Origin: Kiritimatiellia bacterium
GTDB lineage: Bacteria; Verrucomicrobiota; Kiritimatiellia; JAAZAB01
Assembly: GCA_040767085.1 (NCBI GenBank)
Contig: JAXGPF010000009.1
Location: 2,307-66,306 of the forward strand
DNA length: 64,000 nt
Direction: 5' to 3'
A program made the translations under genes and the position numbers. The notes under the pieces were generated by a model that made no database searches, was not told the origin of the DNA, and saw only the letters and a list, made by a program, of their open reading frames with translations. Below are positions 47,010 to 56,001 of this stretch, piece by piece (position 1 is the stretch's first letter; each line of letters begins with the position of its first letter).

Positions 47010-49380
47010 AATATACTATCTCGCGGACAAGCTCAATATCAAAACCGACCGACACTCTTTTTTTCATGATTTCGATCAGCGCCCGGATATCCGATGCCGT
47101 GGTTCCGGCCTCCGCCGTGATCACATTGGCGTGGGTTTCAGCCACCCGCGCGCCGCCGACCGCCAGGCTTTTGCAGCCGGCAGCCTCCAGCAGGCGGCCG
47201 GCATAATCGCCCGGCGGATTGCGGAACACCGAGCCGGCGGAGGCGCCCCAATGCATTTTGCCGCGGCGCGCTGCTATCTCCGCCAGGCGCCGGCGAATTT
47301 CCGCGGGCGCCGCCGGAACTGCCTGTAAAACCGCGCCAACCGCCACCCTTTGATCCAGGCCCCGGCAAGCGCGGTATCCGAATCCCAGTTCCGCCGCCGC
47401 CAGATCGCTGGCAACGCCGGTCCGGTCCAAACACAGAGCCGAGGTCACGCAGGTTCCGATGGCCGCGCCCCAGGCGCCGGCGTTCATGCGCAATGCGCCG
47501 CCCACCGTGCCGGGAATACCGTGTAAAAATTCCAGTCCGCCCAGGCCCTGTTCCGCGCACCAGGCGGTCAACTCCGCCAGCCGTACCCCGGCGCCCGCCT
47601 CCAACCGGTCCGGGCCCAGTCGGCGCAGTTGCCGGAATCCTTCGCCCGTCAGGCGCAGGACCAGCCCGCGCACTCCCAGATCACTGACCAGCACATTACT
47701 GCCGGCGCCCAGGCAGGTCACCGGCACCTGGCAGCGCGCGGCCCAGCGCAAGACGGCGGCGGCATCCGCCGGATCCCCCGCATCCACCAGCATGTCGGCC
47801 GGTCCGCCCACGCGCCAGGTAGTGCAGGCTGCCAACGATTGCCACGCCTGCCAGCGCGTGGCAGGACCCAATTGCAGCCGGACCAGTTCATCCCGCCACC
47901 CGGGAATCGGGTTCAAAGCCGTCCCCGTCCGCGCGGAATCCAGGGCCGCCGCCGCCCAATCCGCCAGGCGCGCCACATCGCCGGCGCCCGCCACCAGCAA
48001 ATCGTCGCCCGCCGCCAGCGTCCGCCGCAAATATTCCCGGATTTGCTCCATTTCGGCCGCCAGTACGCGCGGCGGCGCGACATTGGACCGGCGGAAAGCG
48101 GCGTACAAATCCCAGACCGTGCCGCCCGCGTCTGCCGTCTCCGATGCCGCGTAAACCGGCGCCAGCAGCAATTCATCCACGCCGGCAAATGCCCCCGGGA
48201 AAGCCTCCGCCAGCGCCCGGGTACGGGTATGACGGTGCGGTTGATACACCATTATACGCCGGCGGGCCGGACCGGCATCGCCGCCTGGATGCGGCAACCG
48301 GCCGAGCATGCCGACGGCGGCCGCGATTTCCGTGGGATGATGGGCGTAATCCGAAAACACCCGGATTGCGGCGGAAGCGTAAATTGTTTCGAACCGCCGG
48401 CGCACCGGCACAAAACCCGCCAGGGCGCGCGCTGCTCCCGCCGGCGCGCAACCCAGCGCCCGGGCGGCGGCGCAGGCGGCCAGGGCGTTCAAGGCGTTGT
48501 GGCGGCCCGCCACCGGCAGCGCCAATTCCATGTCCGGCGCATCCGGCCAGCGCACCCGCAGCCGGATGGACTGTCCGTCATCGCGTAAATCGACGCCGCA
48601 CACGGCGGCGCCGGGTGCAAAGCCATAACCAACCGCCCCGGGTATTCTGGCGCCCAGTTCCGCCGCCGCGGGGTCATCGGCGCAGTAAACCACGCGGCGG
48701 CGCGTACGCGCCAAAACCGCGGCAAAACATGCGCGCAATTCATCCAGACTGGCATAATGCTCGGCATGGTCAAATTCCACGTTAGTCAAGACCGTCACAT
48801 CGGGGGCATAGTCCGCGAGCGTCCCATCGCTTTCATCGGCCTCGGCAACGCAAAGCCGGGCGCCGTTGCCCCGGCCGGCCACACCGTCAAAGGCCGGGCA
48901 ATCGCCGCCGATGCACCAGGCCGGCGCCAGACCGCATTGCCGTAGAATCTGGGTCAGCATGGCCGCGGTGGTGGTTTTGCCGTGGGTGCCGCAAACCGCC
49001 GCGGCGGTCCGTCTCTTCAACCAGGCGGCCAACACCGCGCCGCGCTGGTAAACCGGCAGACCCGCCGCCGCCGCCGCGCGCAATTCCGGATGCGAGACCG
49101 GCACGGCGGTGCTGCGGATCAGCCAGTCTACGCCTGTCAAATGCTCCGCGGAGTGCCCCGTGAATACTTGCACGCCGCGCTCCGCCAGCCAACCGGCCAG
49201 CCGGCTGCCGCCGCGGGCGGCATCGCAGCCGCTGACTGCCCAACCGTCGCACCGCAACTGGTAAGCCAAGCCGGCCAGGCCGACGCCGCAGACCCCGAGA
49301 CAATGCACATGTCCGCCGGGGTGCGCCAGCAGGCGCGCCAGCGCGGCCTGCTCACCGTGCTGATGACTGCCTGGGTCCAT
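47002..49380 (-). CDS. murC/murB: fused UDP-N-acetylmuramate--L-alanine ligase / UDP-N-acetylenolpyruvoylglucosamine reductase (MurC-MurB)
   Basis: 792 aa. Residues 1-~470 carry Mur ligase motifs (VCGTHGKTTTA; DESDGT). Residues ~480-792 carry the MurB FAD-binding and substrate domains (TTWRVGGPAD...GAGSNVLVSD; MNAGAWGAAIG; SAGSVFRNP). Confidence 0.8.
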   Translation of the reverse strand: MDPGSHQHGEQAALARLLAHPGGHVHCLGVCGVGLAGLAYQLRCDGWAVSGCDAARGGSRLAGWLAERGVQVFTGHSAEHLTGVDWLIRSTAVPVSHPELRAAAAAGLPVYQRGAVLAAWLKRRTAAAVCGTHGKTTTAAMLTQILRQCGLAPAWCIGGDCPAFDGVAGRGNGARLCVAEADESDGTLADYAPDVTVLTNVEFDHAEHYASLDELRACFAAVLARTRRRVVYCADDPAAAELGARIPGAVGYGFAPGAAVCGVDLRDDGQSIRLRVRWPDAPDMELALPVAGRHNALNALAACAAARALGCAPAGAARALAGFVPVRRRFETIYASAAIRVFSDYAHHPTEIAAAVGMLGRLPHPGGDAGPARRRIMVYQPHRHTRTRALAEAFPGAFAGVDELLLAPVYAASETADAGGTVWDLYAAFRRSNVAPPRVLAAEMEQIREYLRRTLAAGDDLLVAGAGDVARLADWAAAALDSARTGTALNPIPGWRDELVRLQLGPATRWQAWQSLAACTTWRVGGPADMLVDAGDPADAAAVLRWAARCQVPVTCLGAGSNVLVSDLGVRGLVLRLTGEGFRQLRRLGPDRLEAGAGVRLAELTAWCAEQGLGGLEFLHGIPGTVGGALRMNAGAWGAAIGTCVTSALCLDRTGVASDLAAAELGFGYRACRGLDQRVAVGAVLQAVPAAPAEIRRRLAEIAARRGKMHWGASAGSVFRNPPGDYAGRLLEAAGCKSLAVGGARVAETHANVITAEAGTTASDIRALIEIMKKRVSVGFDIELVREIVYCD

Positions 49381-49403
49381 TGCTACTCCTCGGATCAGTC
49401 CCG

Positions 49404-50525
49404 TCAGACTGATCCGTCTGATCCGGTAATTTTCACGGCGCGGCGCCGCGCAACATCCTGCACCAGGTCCGCCACGCGGGCGGCGGCATCCGGCAGCGCG
49501 CGCGCGGCGGCCGCCGCGCGCATCTGCGCCAGGCGCTCCGGTTGATCCATGGCCTGGGCGATATAATCCGCCAGACGGACGCTGGTGGCGTCAGCCTCCC
49601 GCAGCATATCCGCGGCGCCATATTCATGCATTGCCGCCGCATTGGCCGCCTGGTGGTCATTGGCGGCATAAGGATAAGGCACCAGCAGCGCCGGCACGCC
49701 GAACTGGAGCAGTTCGGCGCAAGTCGCTGCCCCGGCGCGGCAGACGGCCAGGTTGGCCCGCCGGTAAGCCTGGGGCATATCGTGCAGAAAAGGGTAAACC
49801 GCCGCCGGCTGTCCGCGGTCTTGACGGTATAGTTCCTCCACCGCGGGCGCCTCCGCGGCGCCGGCCAGATGGATGACCTGCAGCCGGCGGCCCTGGCGGC
49901 ATAGTTCCTGCACGGCGGCCGGCAGCATCTCGTTCAGGCGGCGGGCGCCGGCGCTGCCGCCCATGACCAGCAGGGTAAAAACTCCGGCGGGCAACGCTGC
50001 CAGCCTGGCATCCGGAATGGCATCCGGCCGGCGGGCGCGCAAAGGAACGCCGGTCAGCTCGAAGCGGGGATGGCGCAAATGGGCGCGCGCCTCGTCAAAT
50101 CCCAGGGCCACCGCCTGCGCCCAGCGTGACAGCCACCGCACCGCCCGGCCGGGAATAACGTTCGCCTCGTGCAGCACCACCGGCACGCCCAGCGAACGCG
50201 CCGCCAACACCGGGCCGCCGGAGGCATAACTGCCCATCGCCAGCAGCACATCCGGCGGCGCGGCGCGCATCAACCGGCGCCATTGGCGGCAGGCCGCCAG
50301 CATCCGCCAGGCGGACGCCAACACCGCGCCGGGCCGGCGCCCGCTCAGGCCGCGGGCAGCCACGGTTAAAACCGGGCCATCCCAGCCGGTCAGCGCCGTT
50401 TTTTCGACTTGCCTGCCGGCCAGCAAAATCGTCACATCGGCGCCGCGTTCGCGCAGCTCCGCCGCCACCGCCAGTCCGGGGAAAATATGTCCGCCGGTCC
50501 CGCCGCAGGCCACCATAATCCGCAT
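49404..50525 (-). CDS. murG: UDP-GlcNAc--undecaprenyl-PP-MurNAc-pentapeptide GlcNAc transferase
   Basis: MRIMVACGGTGGHIFPGLAVA N-terminus and a GT28 C-terminal domain. Confidence 0.85.
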   Translation of the reverse strand: MRIMVACGGTGGHIFPGLAVAAELRERGADVTILLAGRQVEKTALTGWDGPVLTVAARGLSGRRPGAVLASAWRMLAACRQWRRLMRAAPPDVLLAMGSYASGGPVLAARSLGVPVVLHEANVIPGRAVRWLSRWAQAVALGFDEARAHLRHPRFELTGVPLRARRPDAIPDARLAALPAGVFTLLVMGGSAGARRLNEMLPAAVQELCRQGRRLQVIHLAGAAEAPAVEELYRQDRGQPAAVYPFLHDMPQAYRRANLAVCRAGAATCAELLQFGVPALLVPYPYAANDHQAANAAAMHEYGAADMLREADATSVRLADYIAQAMDQPERLAQMRAAAAARALPDAAARVADLVQDVARRRAVKITGSDGSV

Positions 50526-50539
50526 GCTTCACTCCAAGA

Positions 50540-51304
50540 TCAAGCGGTGCGCGGCGGCGGTTGGCGTCCCAGCCGCTGCAACACCTGCAGCATATCAATC
50601 CAGACATCTTTTTTGGCGGCGGGATTGCGCAGCAGGTAGGAAGGATGGTAAGTCGGCATCAAAGGAATACCGTCAAATTCCAGCCAATGGCCGCGCACGC
50701 GGCTGATCCGGAACTCGGGGCCGGGCTGCAGCAATCCTTCCACCGCCGTGGCGCCCAGCGCCACGATGACCCGCGGGCGCAAGGCCGCGATTTGCGCTTT
50801 CAGAAAAGGCAGGCAGACTTGCATTTCCGCCGGTTCCGGCTTGCGGTTATTGGGCGGCCGGCATTTGAGGATGTTGCCGATAAACACCTCGCGGCGGGTG
50901 AAGCCCATGGCCTCGATCATGCGCGTGAGCAATTGGCCGGCGCGGCCGACAAACGCCTCGCCCCGCAAGTCCTCTTCTTCCCCCGGCGCCTCGCCGACAA
51001 ACATCAGCTCGGGATGGAGGTTCCCCTGCCCTGGAACGGTCTTGGTGCGGGTGCGGTGCAGGACGCAGCGCTTGCAGCGGGCGATCTCGGCCGCCAGCCC
51101 GGCCAGGGTTTCCGCCGCGGCTGCCGCCGCCGGTGCGGCCGGTATGGGTTCCAGCGGGGGCGCCGGAGCGGGCGCGGGCGGGTCCGGCCGCCGGGCGCGG
51201 TAGATTTCCCTGACTCCGCATTCCTTCAAATCAGCGACATGCCCGGCCAGATTATCCAACAGCCCGGCCAGCGCGGCGGCGGGCGTTTTATCCGGCTGCT
51301 TCAT
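50540..51304 (-). CDS. uracil-DNA glycosylase, family 4 (with N-terminal Ala/Pro-rich extension)
   Basis: Family-4 motifs GEAPGEEEDLRGEAFVGRAGQLL and HPSYLLRNP. Internal Met chosen as start. Coordinates taken from the ORF track. Confidence 0.65.
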   Translation of the reverse strand: MKQPDKTPAAALAGLLDNLAGHVADLKECGVREIYRARRPDPPAPAPAPPLEPIPAAPAAAAAAETLAGLAAEIARCKRCVLHRTRTKTVPGQGNLHPELMFVGEAPGEEEDLRGEAFVGRAGQLLTRMIEAMGFTRREVFIGNILKCRPPNNRKPEPAEMQVCLPFLKAQIAALRPRVIVALGATAVEGLLQPGPEFRISRVRGHWLEFDGIPLMPTYHPSYLLRNPAAKKDVWIDMLQVLQRLGRQPPPRTA

Positions 51305-52037
51305 ATTGGCGTCTCTTCCGCAGGCTGACGAACATCGGTCCGAAAACGACATAGATCACGCCCAACAGCAGCATGACCAATGCAGCGGCGGGCGCCAGAT
51401 GCAAATCCCGCAAAAACAACATCGCCACCAGCGCGACGCACGGCACAAAAATCCCCATCGCCTTGGTCGGCTTGGGATAATGCACATTCGAGACCTGCAG
51501 GGTGATCATCGCCACCACGCCGGAAAGGAACACCAGCGCCACCGGTCCCTGTTTCAACTGGAAATAATCGCCCAGCACGCCGGTTTGTTCGAGGAAAACG
51601 AAAATCGCCACCCAGCCGGCGCTGGCCGTGATGGGCAGTCCGCAATAGCCGCCCTGTCCGCGCAGGGGATCCTTGACCTTGAAACGCGCCAGCCGGATGA
51701 CGCCCGAGAGCACAACCATGGCGGTCATCAGCACACGCCACCCGATGAAGGACTGGAGCGATACCTGGTAAATCAGGATGGCCGGCGCCAGGCCGAAGGC
51801 GGTCATATCCACGTACGTATCCAGTTCGGCGCCGAACGGGCTGGTGCCCCTGATGCGCCGGGCCAGGTTGCCGTCCAAGCCGTCCAGGATCATCGCCAGC
51901 ATGATGAACTGGGCGGAGAGCATGAAATGCGCTTCACCCTCCAGGGCCAGCAGCATGCTGAAAAATCCGCAAAGCATTGCAAAAAGCGTAACCGCGGTCG
52001 GCAGTAATTGGCGCCAAGTCATACATAACCTTTCCAT
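51288..52037 (-). CDS. pssA: CDP-diacylglycerol--serine O-phosphatidyltransferase (CDP-alcohol phosphatidyltransferase family)
   Basis: CDP-OH P-transferase motif DGLDGNLARR...GAELDTYVD. The ORF's upstream start is TTG at 52151; ATG at 52037 (or 52022) is the more likely start. Confidence 0.7.
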   Translation of the reverse strand: MERLCMTWRQLLPTAVTLFAMLCGFFSMLLALEGEAHFMLSAQFIMLAMILDGLDGNLARRIRGTSPFGAELDTYVDMTAFGLAPAILIYQVSLQSFIGWRVLMTAMVVLSGVIRLARFKVKDPLRGQGGYCGLPITASAGWVAIFVFLEQTGVLGDYFQLKQGPVALVFLSGVVAMITLQVSNVHYPKPTKAMGIFVPCVALVAMLFLRDLHLAPAAALVMLLLGVIYVVFGPMFVSLRKRRQYEAAG

Positions 52038-52154
52038 GGGCGTCGTCTGCGAAACGCGCAAGACAATTCGATCATAAAATCCCGCCGGTATCAGGCAGCA
52101 TGGATAGCAGGATACCGCCGGACATGTCAAGCGCAAAGCGCCCGGCGGCAAGCA

Positions 52155-54122
52155 TTATTCCGCCGGCGCGGCGGGCGGCAGCGACACGGCCGGCGGCATG
52201 GCATCTCCGATCGCCTTGTCCCGCCAGCGGCTGGTCAGGGCGGCGGCTTCCTCGCGGGTGCGCGCCACGCTCGGCGTGACAAAGATCAGCAGGTTGGTGC
52301 GTTCGATACCCTTGACCGAATGCCGGAAAATCCAGCCCAGCAGCGGAATCGAACCCAGGAACGGCACGCGCCGCTCCTTTTCCACGTTGTCCTCGCGGAT
52401 CAGGCCGCTGATTACAATCGTTTCGCCGCTGGGAACGGTCAAGGTGGTGGTCACCTCCCGGCGGGCGATCGTCGGAGTGAAGGCCTTGCCGTCGGTGGTG
52501 GCTTCCAGCACGGCTTCAATGCTGGGATTCAGGCGCATGCACACTTCGCCGTCCGGGTTGACCTGGGGCGTCACTTTCAACTTGATCCCCACGTCAATCC
52601 GGTCAATGTTTTCGATCACGTCGCGCGCGGTGCCGGAGCCGCCTTCAATGGTGGATTTCAGGATGGGAATGTTTTTGCCGATGGTAACGCTGGCCTCCTG
52701 GTTGTTCTGCGCCCATAAGGGCACGTTGGACAGGATTTTAAAATTCGATTCGTATTTCAGCGCGTTGACATTCATCAAAAACGGAAAACGCGGCACGACA
52801 TTGCCGTTGGCGTCGGTGTAACTGCCATTGGCCAGGCCGAAAGTCAGCCCCTGCGGCACCACGCCCTGCACGACTTGCGCCAGCAGCCGATCCTCGCCTT
52901 CGGCGGCGCGGGAACCGCCGACGATGACGGTCGAGTCCTGTTCCGGCGAGGCGGAGGATAGGAATTCGGCGCCGTAATCATGGCCGTCGCCGAGGGTCAA
53001 TTCCGCGATCATGACCTCCACCAGCACCTGGGGCGGCGGCAGATCCAGTTTTTCAACGAGCTGGCGGACCATTTCAAAATCCTGGGGAGCGGCATCCACC
53101 ATCAGCGCGTTGTTGGCCAGGTTGGCCTCGATGGCGATGATCGAGCGGTCGGCGTTTTTCTCGGCGTTGCGCGCCAGCAGCGCGGTCAGGCTTTTGGCGG
53201 CGTCTTCCGCCGAAAGGTACTTCAGGAAAATGGCCTGCAGATGGCCGCTGACCGCCTGGGCTTCCACGTCCAACCGGGCGATCAAATCCTTGATTTCGGC
53301 CACCTGCGCCGGGGTGCCGGCCAGGATCAGGCTGTTGGAATGCGGCGCGGCCACAACTACGGCGTCGGCCAGCCCGCCGCCGCCGCCCTCGCTGCGCGCC
53401 AGGCGCTGCCGGATGCGCTCGCCCTCGGTGTCCGCCCGCGAGCGCAGGCCGCTGAGGGCCTGGTTCAATTCGTCCGCCATGTTGCGCGCGACCGCGTGTT
53501 TCAGGGCATGGAGTTCGGTCACGCGCGCGGCGCCCGGCTGGTCAATCTGGGCGATCACGGCCTCCAGGCGGCGGATATTGTCCGCCGTATCGGTCACCAC
53601 CAGGTGGTTGGTGGTTTCCAGCGCCGCCAGGGCGCCGCTTTTGCCGCCATCCACCATCGGCTCCAGCATGCGGCGCAACTCCGCCGCGCTGACATGCGCG
53701 AGCCGGATGACCTTGGTCACCAGCGCGCCGCCGGCAGGCGATGCATCCGGCGGGAGTACCGGCGCCGCGGGGACAGGGCGCGGCGCCCGCACCACCACCC
53801 GGCAGACGCCGTCCTGCTCCAGCACGGCGTAGCCGGCGGCTTCCAGCACGGCCAGCAGCAGCGGATACACCTCGGATGCGGGAATTTGCGCGGGGGTGAC
53901 GACCGTCACCTTGCCTTCCACGGCGGGATCTACCACGAACCGCCGACCGGTAATGTCGCCCGCCAGCTTGACCAGGAACCGCACTTCCACCTGGTCGAAG
54001 TTGAAATTGACGAAAGTGGACTGGCCGGCGGCGGCCGCCGGCGGCGTTTCGGCGCGACCGAGCGGCAGCAGGCAGAGAGCCGCCGCCAGGCCGATATGCG
54101 GCATGTAAAAACAGCGTCGCAT
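52155..54122 (-). CDS. secretin (GspD/PilQ superfamily, T2SS-type N0/N domains)
   Basis: Signal peptide. N0-like domain (VNFNFDQVEVRFLVKLAGDITGRRFVVDP). Canonical secretin C-domain (GETIVISGLIREDNVEKERRVPFLGSIPLLGWIFRHS...TNLLIFVTPSV). Confidence 0.8.
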   Translation of the reverse strand: MRRCFYMPHIGLAAALCLLPLGRAETPPAAAAGQSTFVNFNFDQVEVRFLVKLAGDITGRRFVVDPAVEGKVTVVTPAQIPASEVYPLLLAVLEAAGYAVLEQDGVCRVVVRAPRPVPAAPVLPPDASPAGGALVTKVIRLAHVSAAELRRMLEPMVDGGKSGALAALETTNHLVVTDTADNIRRLEAVIAQIDQPGAARVTELHALKHAVARNMADELNQALSGLRSRADTEGERIRQRLARSEGGGGGLADAVVVAAPHSNSLILAGTPAQVAEIKDLIARLDVEAQAVSGHLQAIFLKYLSAEDAAKSLTALLARNAEKNADRSIIAIEANLANNALMVDAAPQDFEMVRQLVEKLDLPPPQVLVEVMIAELTLGDGHDYGAEFLSSASPEQDSTVIVGGSRAAEGEDRLLAQVVQGVVPQGLTFGLANGSYTDANGNVVPRFPFLMNVNALKYESNFKILSNVPLWAQNNQEASVTIGKNIPILKSTIEGGSGTARDVIENIDRIDVGIKLKVTPQVNPDGEVCMRLNPSIEAVLEATTDGKAFTPTIARREVTTTLTVPSGETIVISGLIREDNVEKERRVPFLGSIPLLGWIFRHSVKGIERTNLLIFVTPSVARTREEAAALTSRWRDKAIGDAMPPAVSLPPAAPAE

Positions 54123-54895
54123 CAGCGGGCAATTCCCCGTTCCGAAGCCTCGATAAATTCTATCAGGTGCTGCACTTCCGGCGCCAGCGGCACATTTTGC
54201 CGGATTTTTTCCAGGGCCTGGCGCGTGTTGAGGTTTTCGCGGTACAAAATCCGGTAGGCTGTTTTCAGATGCTGGCGCGCCTCATCGGAGATCCCGCGCC
54301 GCTGGAGGGCGACGGCATTGACGCCATGCACCGCCGCGGGATTGCCGTCAGCCATCATGTACGGGGGGATATCCTGGGTGGCCTTGGAACAGCCGCCCAT
54401 GATGGACATGCGGCCGATGCGCACAAACTGGTGCACGCCGCACAAGCCGCCGATGACGGCGAAATCCTCCACCGTCACATGGCCGGCCAGGGTGCCGGCA
54501 TTGGAAATGATCACGCCGTTGCCCACCGTGCATTGATGCGCCACATGCGAATAGGCCATGATGTGGCACCCCTCGCCCACCCGCGTCACATCGCCCTCGT
54601 TGGTGCCGGAGTTGACGGTGACATATTCCCGGAGCGTCGTGCGCGCGCCGATTTCCACAAAAGTTTTCCCGCCCTTGAACTTCAGGTCCTGCGTCTGCGA
54701 GCCGATGCTGGCGAACGGGAAAATCACGCAATCCGGGCCGATAGTCGTATGCCCATCCAGGAAAACATGCGGCATGACGCGCGTCCGCGCCCCCAGCCGC
54801 ACATGCGGCCCGACGATCGCATAAGCGCCGACCGCCACGTCCGCATCCAGCTCCGCGCCGGACTCGATAACCGCGGTGGGATGAATCAGGGTCAT
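54122..54895 (-). CDS. lpxA: acyl-ACP--UDP-N-acetylglucosamine O-acyltransferase
   Basis: Left-handed beta-helix hexapeptide repeats starting MTLIHPTAVIESGAEL, catalytic His region (MAYSHVAHQC), and C-terminal helical domain. Confidence 0.85.
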   Translation of the reverse strand: MTLIHPTAVIESGAELDADVAVGAYAIVGPHVRLGARTRVMPHVFLDGHTTIGPDCVIFPFASIGSQTQDLKFKGGKTFVEIGARTTLREYVTVNSGTNEGDVTRVGEGCHIMAYSHVAHQCTVGNGVIISNAGTLAGHVTVEDFAVIGGLCGVHQFVRIGRMSIMGGCSKATQDIPPYMMADGNPAAVHGVNAVALQRRGISDEARQHLKTAYRILYRENLNTRQALEKIRQNVPLAPEVQHLIEFIEASERGIAR

Positions 54896-55338
54896 ACCCC
54901 GGCCTTTTCCGTGGTAAACATGAACATCAATTCGGCTTCCGAAGCCGGTTGGCCGTCCACCAGCACGCGCCCCTGGACGCGCACCACCCGGGCGCGCCGG
55001 TTCAGCATGGTCACTTCAATCCGCATGGCATCGCCCGGCACGATCGGCCGGCGGAAACGGGCCTTATCGATCGCCATGAAAAGCGGGACCTGGCCCTTGA
55101 TGCCGGTCTGCCGGCTGAGGAGGATGCCGCCGGCCTGGGCCATGGCTTCGAGCTGCAGCACGCCCGGCATGATCGGGCGCCCGGGAAAATGTCCGTTGAA
55201 AAAAGGCTCGTTGATGGTGATGTTCTTCAGGGCCACGATGCGGTCCTTGTCGTCGCATTCCAGCACGCGGTCCACCAGGAGCATCGGGTAGCGATGCGGC
55301 AGGATTTGCATGATTTCATCAATCTCAATTGTCGTCAT
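54892..55338 (-). CDS. fabZ: 3-hydroxyacyl-ACP dehydratase
   Basis: Hot-dog fold motifs ILPHRYPMLLVDRV and FFNGHFPGRPIMPGVLQLEAMAQ. ATG at 55338; the longer ORF upstream runs into the tRNA. Confidence 0.85.
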   Translation of the reverse strand: MTTIEIDEIMQILPHRYPMLLVDRVLECDDKDRIVALKNITINEPFFNGHFPGRPIMPGVLQLEAMAQAGGILLSRQTGIKGQVPLFMAIDKARFRRPIVPGDAMRIEVTMLNRRARVVRVQGRVLVDGQPASEAELMFMFTTEKAGV

Positions 55339-55410
55339 AAAGGCTCCCCTTCTGCTGCATCGCGTTCCCTGCCGACGGCGGCCAACGCTGCTCGTTTGAC
55401 TGCTTTTCAA

Positions 55411-55502
55411 TGGCGGAGGGAGAGGGATTTGAACCCCCGGTGCCCTTGCGAGCACACATGATTTCGAGTCATGCGCATTCAACCGGACTCTGCCATCCCT
55501 CC
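55411..55502 (-). tRNA. tRNA-Ser (anticodon CGA) with long variable arm
   Basis: Reverse complement reads GGAGGGATGGCAGAGTCCGGTTGAATGCGCATGACTCGAAATCATGTGTGCTCGCAAGGGCACCGGGGGTTCAAATCCCTCTCCCTCCGCCA. It has a 7-bp acceptor stem, an anticodon stem CATGA/TCATG with loop CTCGAAA, a long extra arm, a T-arm GGTTCAAATCC and an encoded CCA. Confidence 0.75.
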
Positions 55503-55811
55503 TTGGATGCCTGCTTTACGCTGGAACGCCCAGCGGGCCGGCACAACTGGAATTCAAGATACAAAAACCGCGCAAGGCAGTCAACGCTAATTACCGCCGG
55601 GAGGCGCCGGAAGCAGGGCTGCGTCATGCTCCCGCGCCTTGCGCGCCGTTCCGGATCAGAAGCGGCCAAGGGACCCAGGCTTTGCCAAGGCTACGCCCGG
55701 CGAAGTCCGGCTTTGCCGGACTCAGCCGGGCAAGCAGCACCGAGCCGTTTTTTCCGAGAATGACGCAGCCCTGGCGCTGGAAGGTGGGCATGGCAGATTT
55801 GGGGGCAGCGG

Positions 55812-55960
55812 CAATGCGGTTTTTTTGAACAGAAGGCGGAACAAGGATTTTTCGGATTCTTGAACAGAAGACGGAATAAGGGCGGAACAAGGATTGTTCG
55901 GATTTTTGAATCGAAGTCGGAATAAGGGCGGAACAAGAGGAATATTTTTTCAAACCGGCA
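55812..55960. repeat. three imperfect tandem repeats (about 35-46 nt units) carrying five copies of CGGAAYAAG
   Basis: Units begin TTGAACAGAAGGCGGAACAAGG / TTGAACAGAAGACGGAATAAGGGCGGAACAAGG / TTGAATCGAAGTCGGAATAAGGGCGGAACAAGAGG. Lies in a lower-GC intergenic region upstream (5') of tRNA-Ser. Confidence 0.5.
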
Positions 55961-56001
55961 CCTTCGTCCGGCTTTGCCGGCTTCCGCCTTATGTTCAATT
56001 C

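Noticed and set aside
51290-51352. One-base disagreement between ORF-track frames and my reading of the sequence text
   Set aside because: The pssA C-terminus and the UDG start only translate as in the ORF track if an extra T is present near 51300. The offset disappears again by about 51740. I treat this as a transcription or reading artefact rather than a biological frameshift, and used ORF-track coordinates.
55503-55830. Possible intrinsic terminator (GC-rich segment followed by a T7 run at about 55821-55827)
   Set aside because: No convincing stem-loop precedes the T-run on either strand, and no plus-strand gene ends just upstream.
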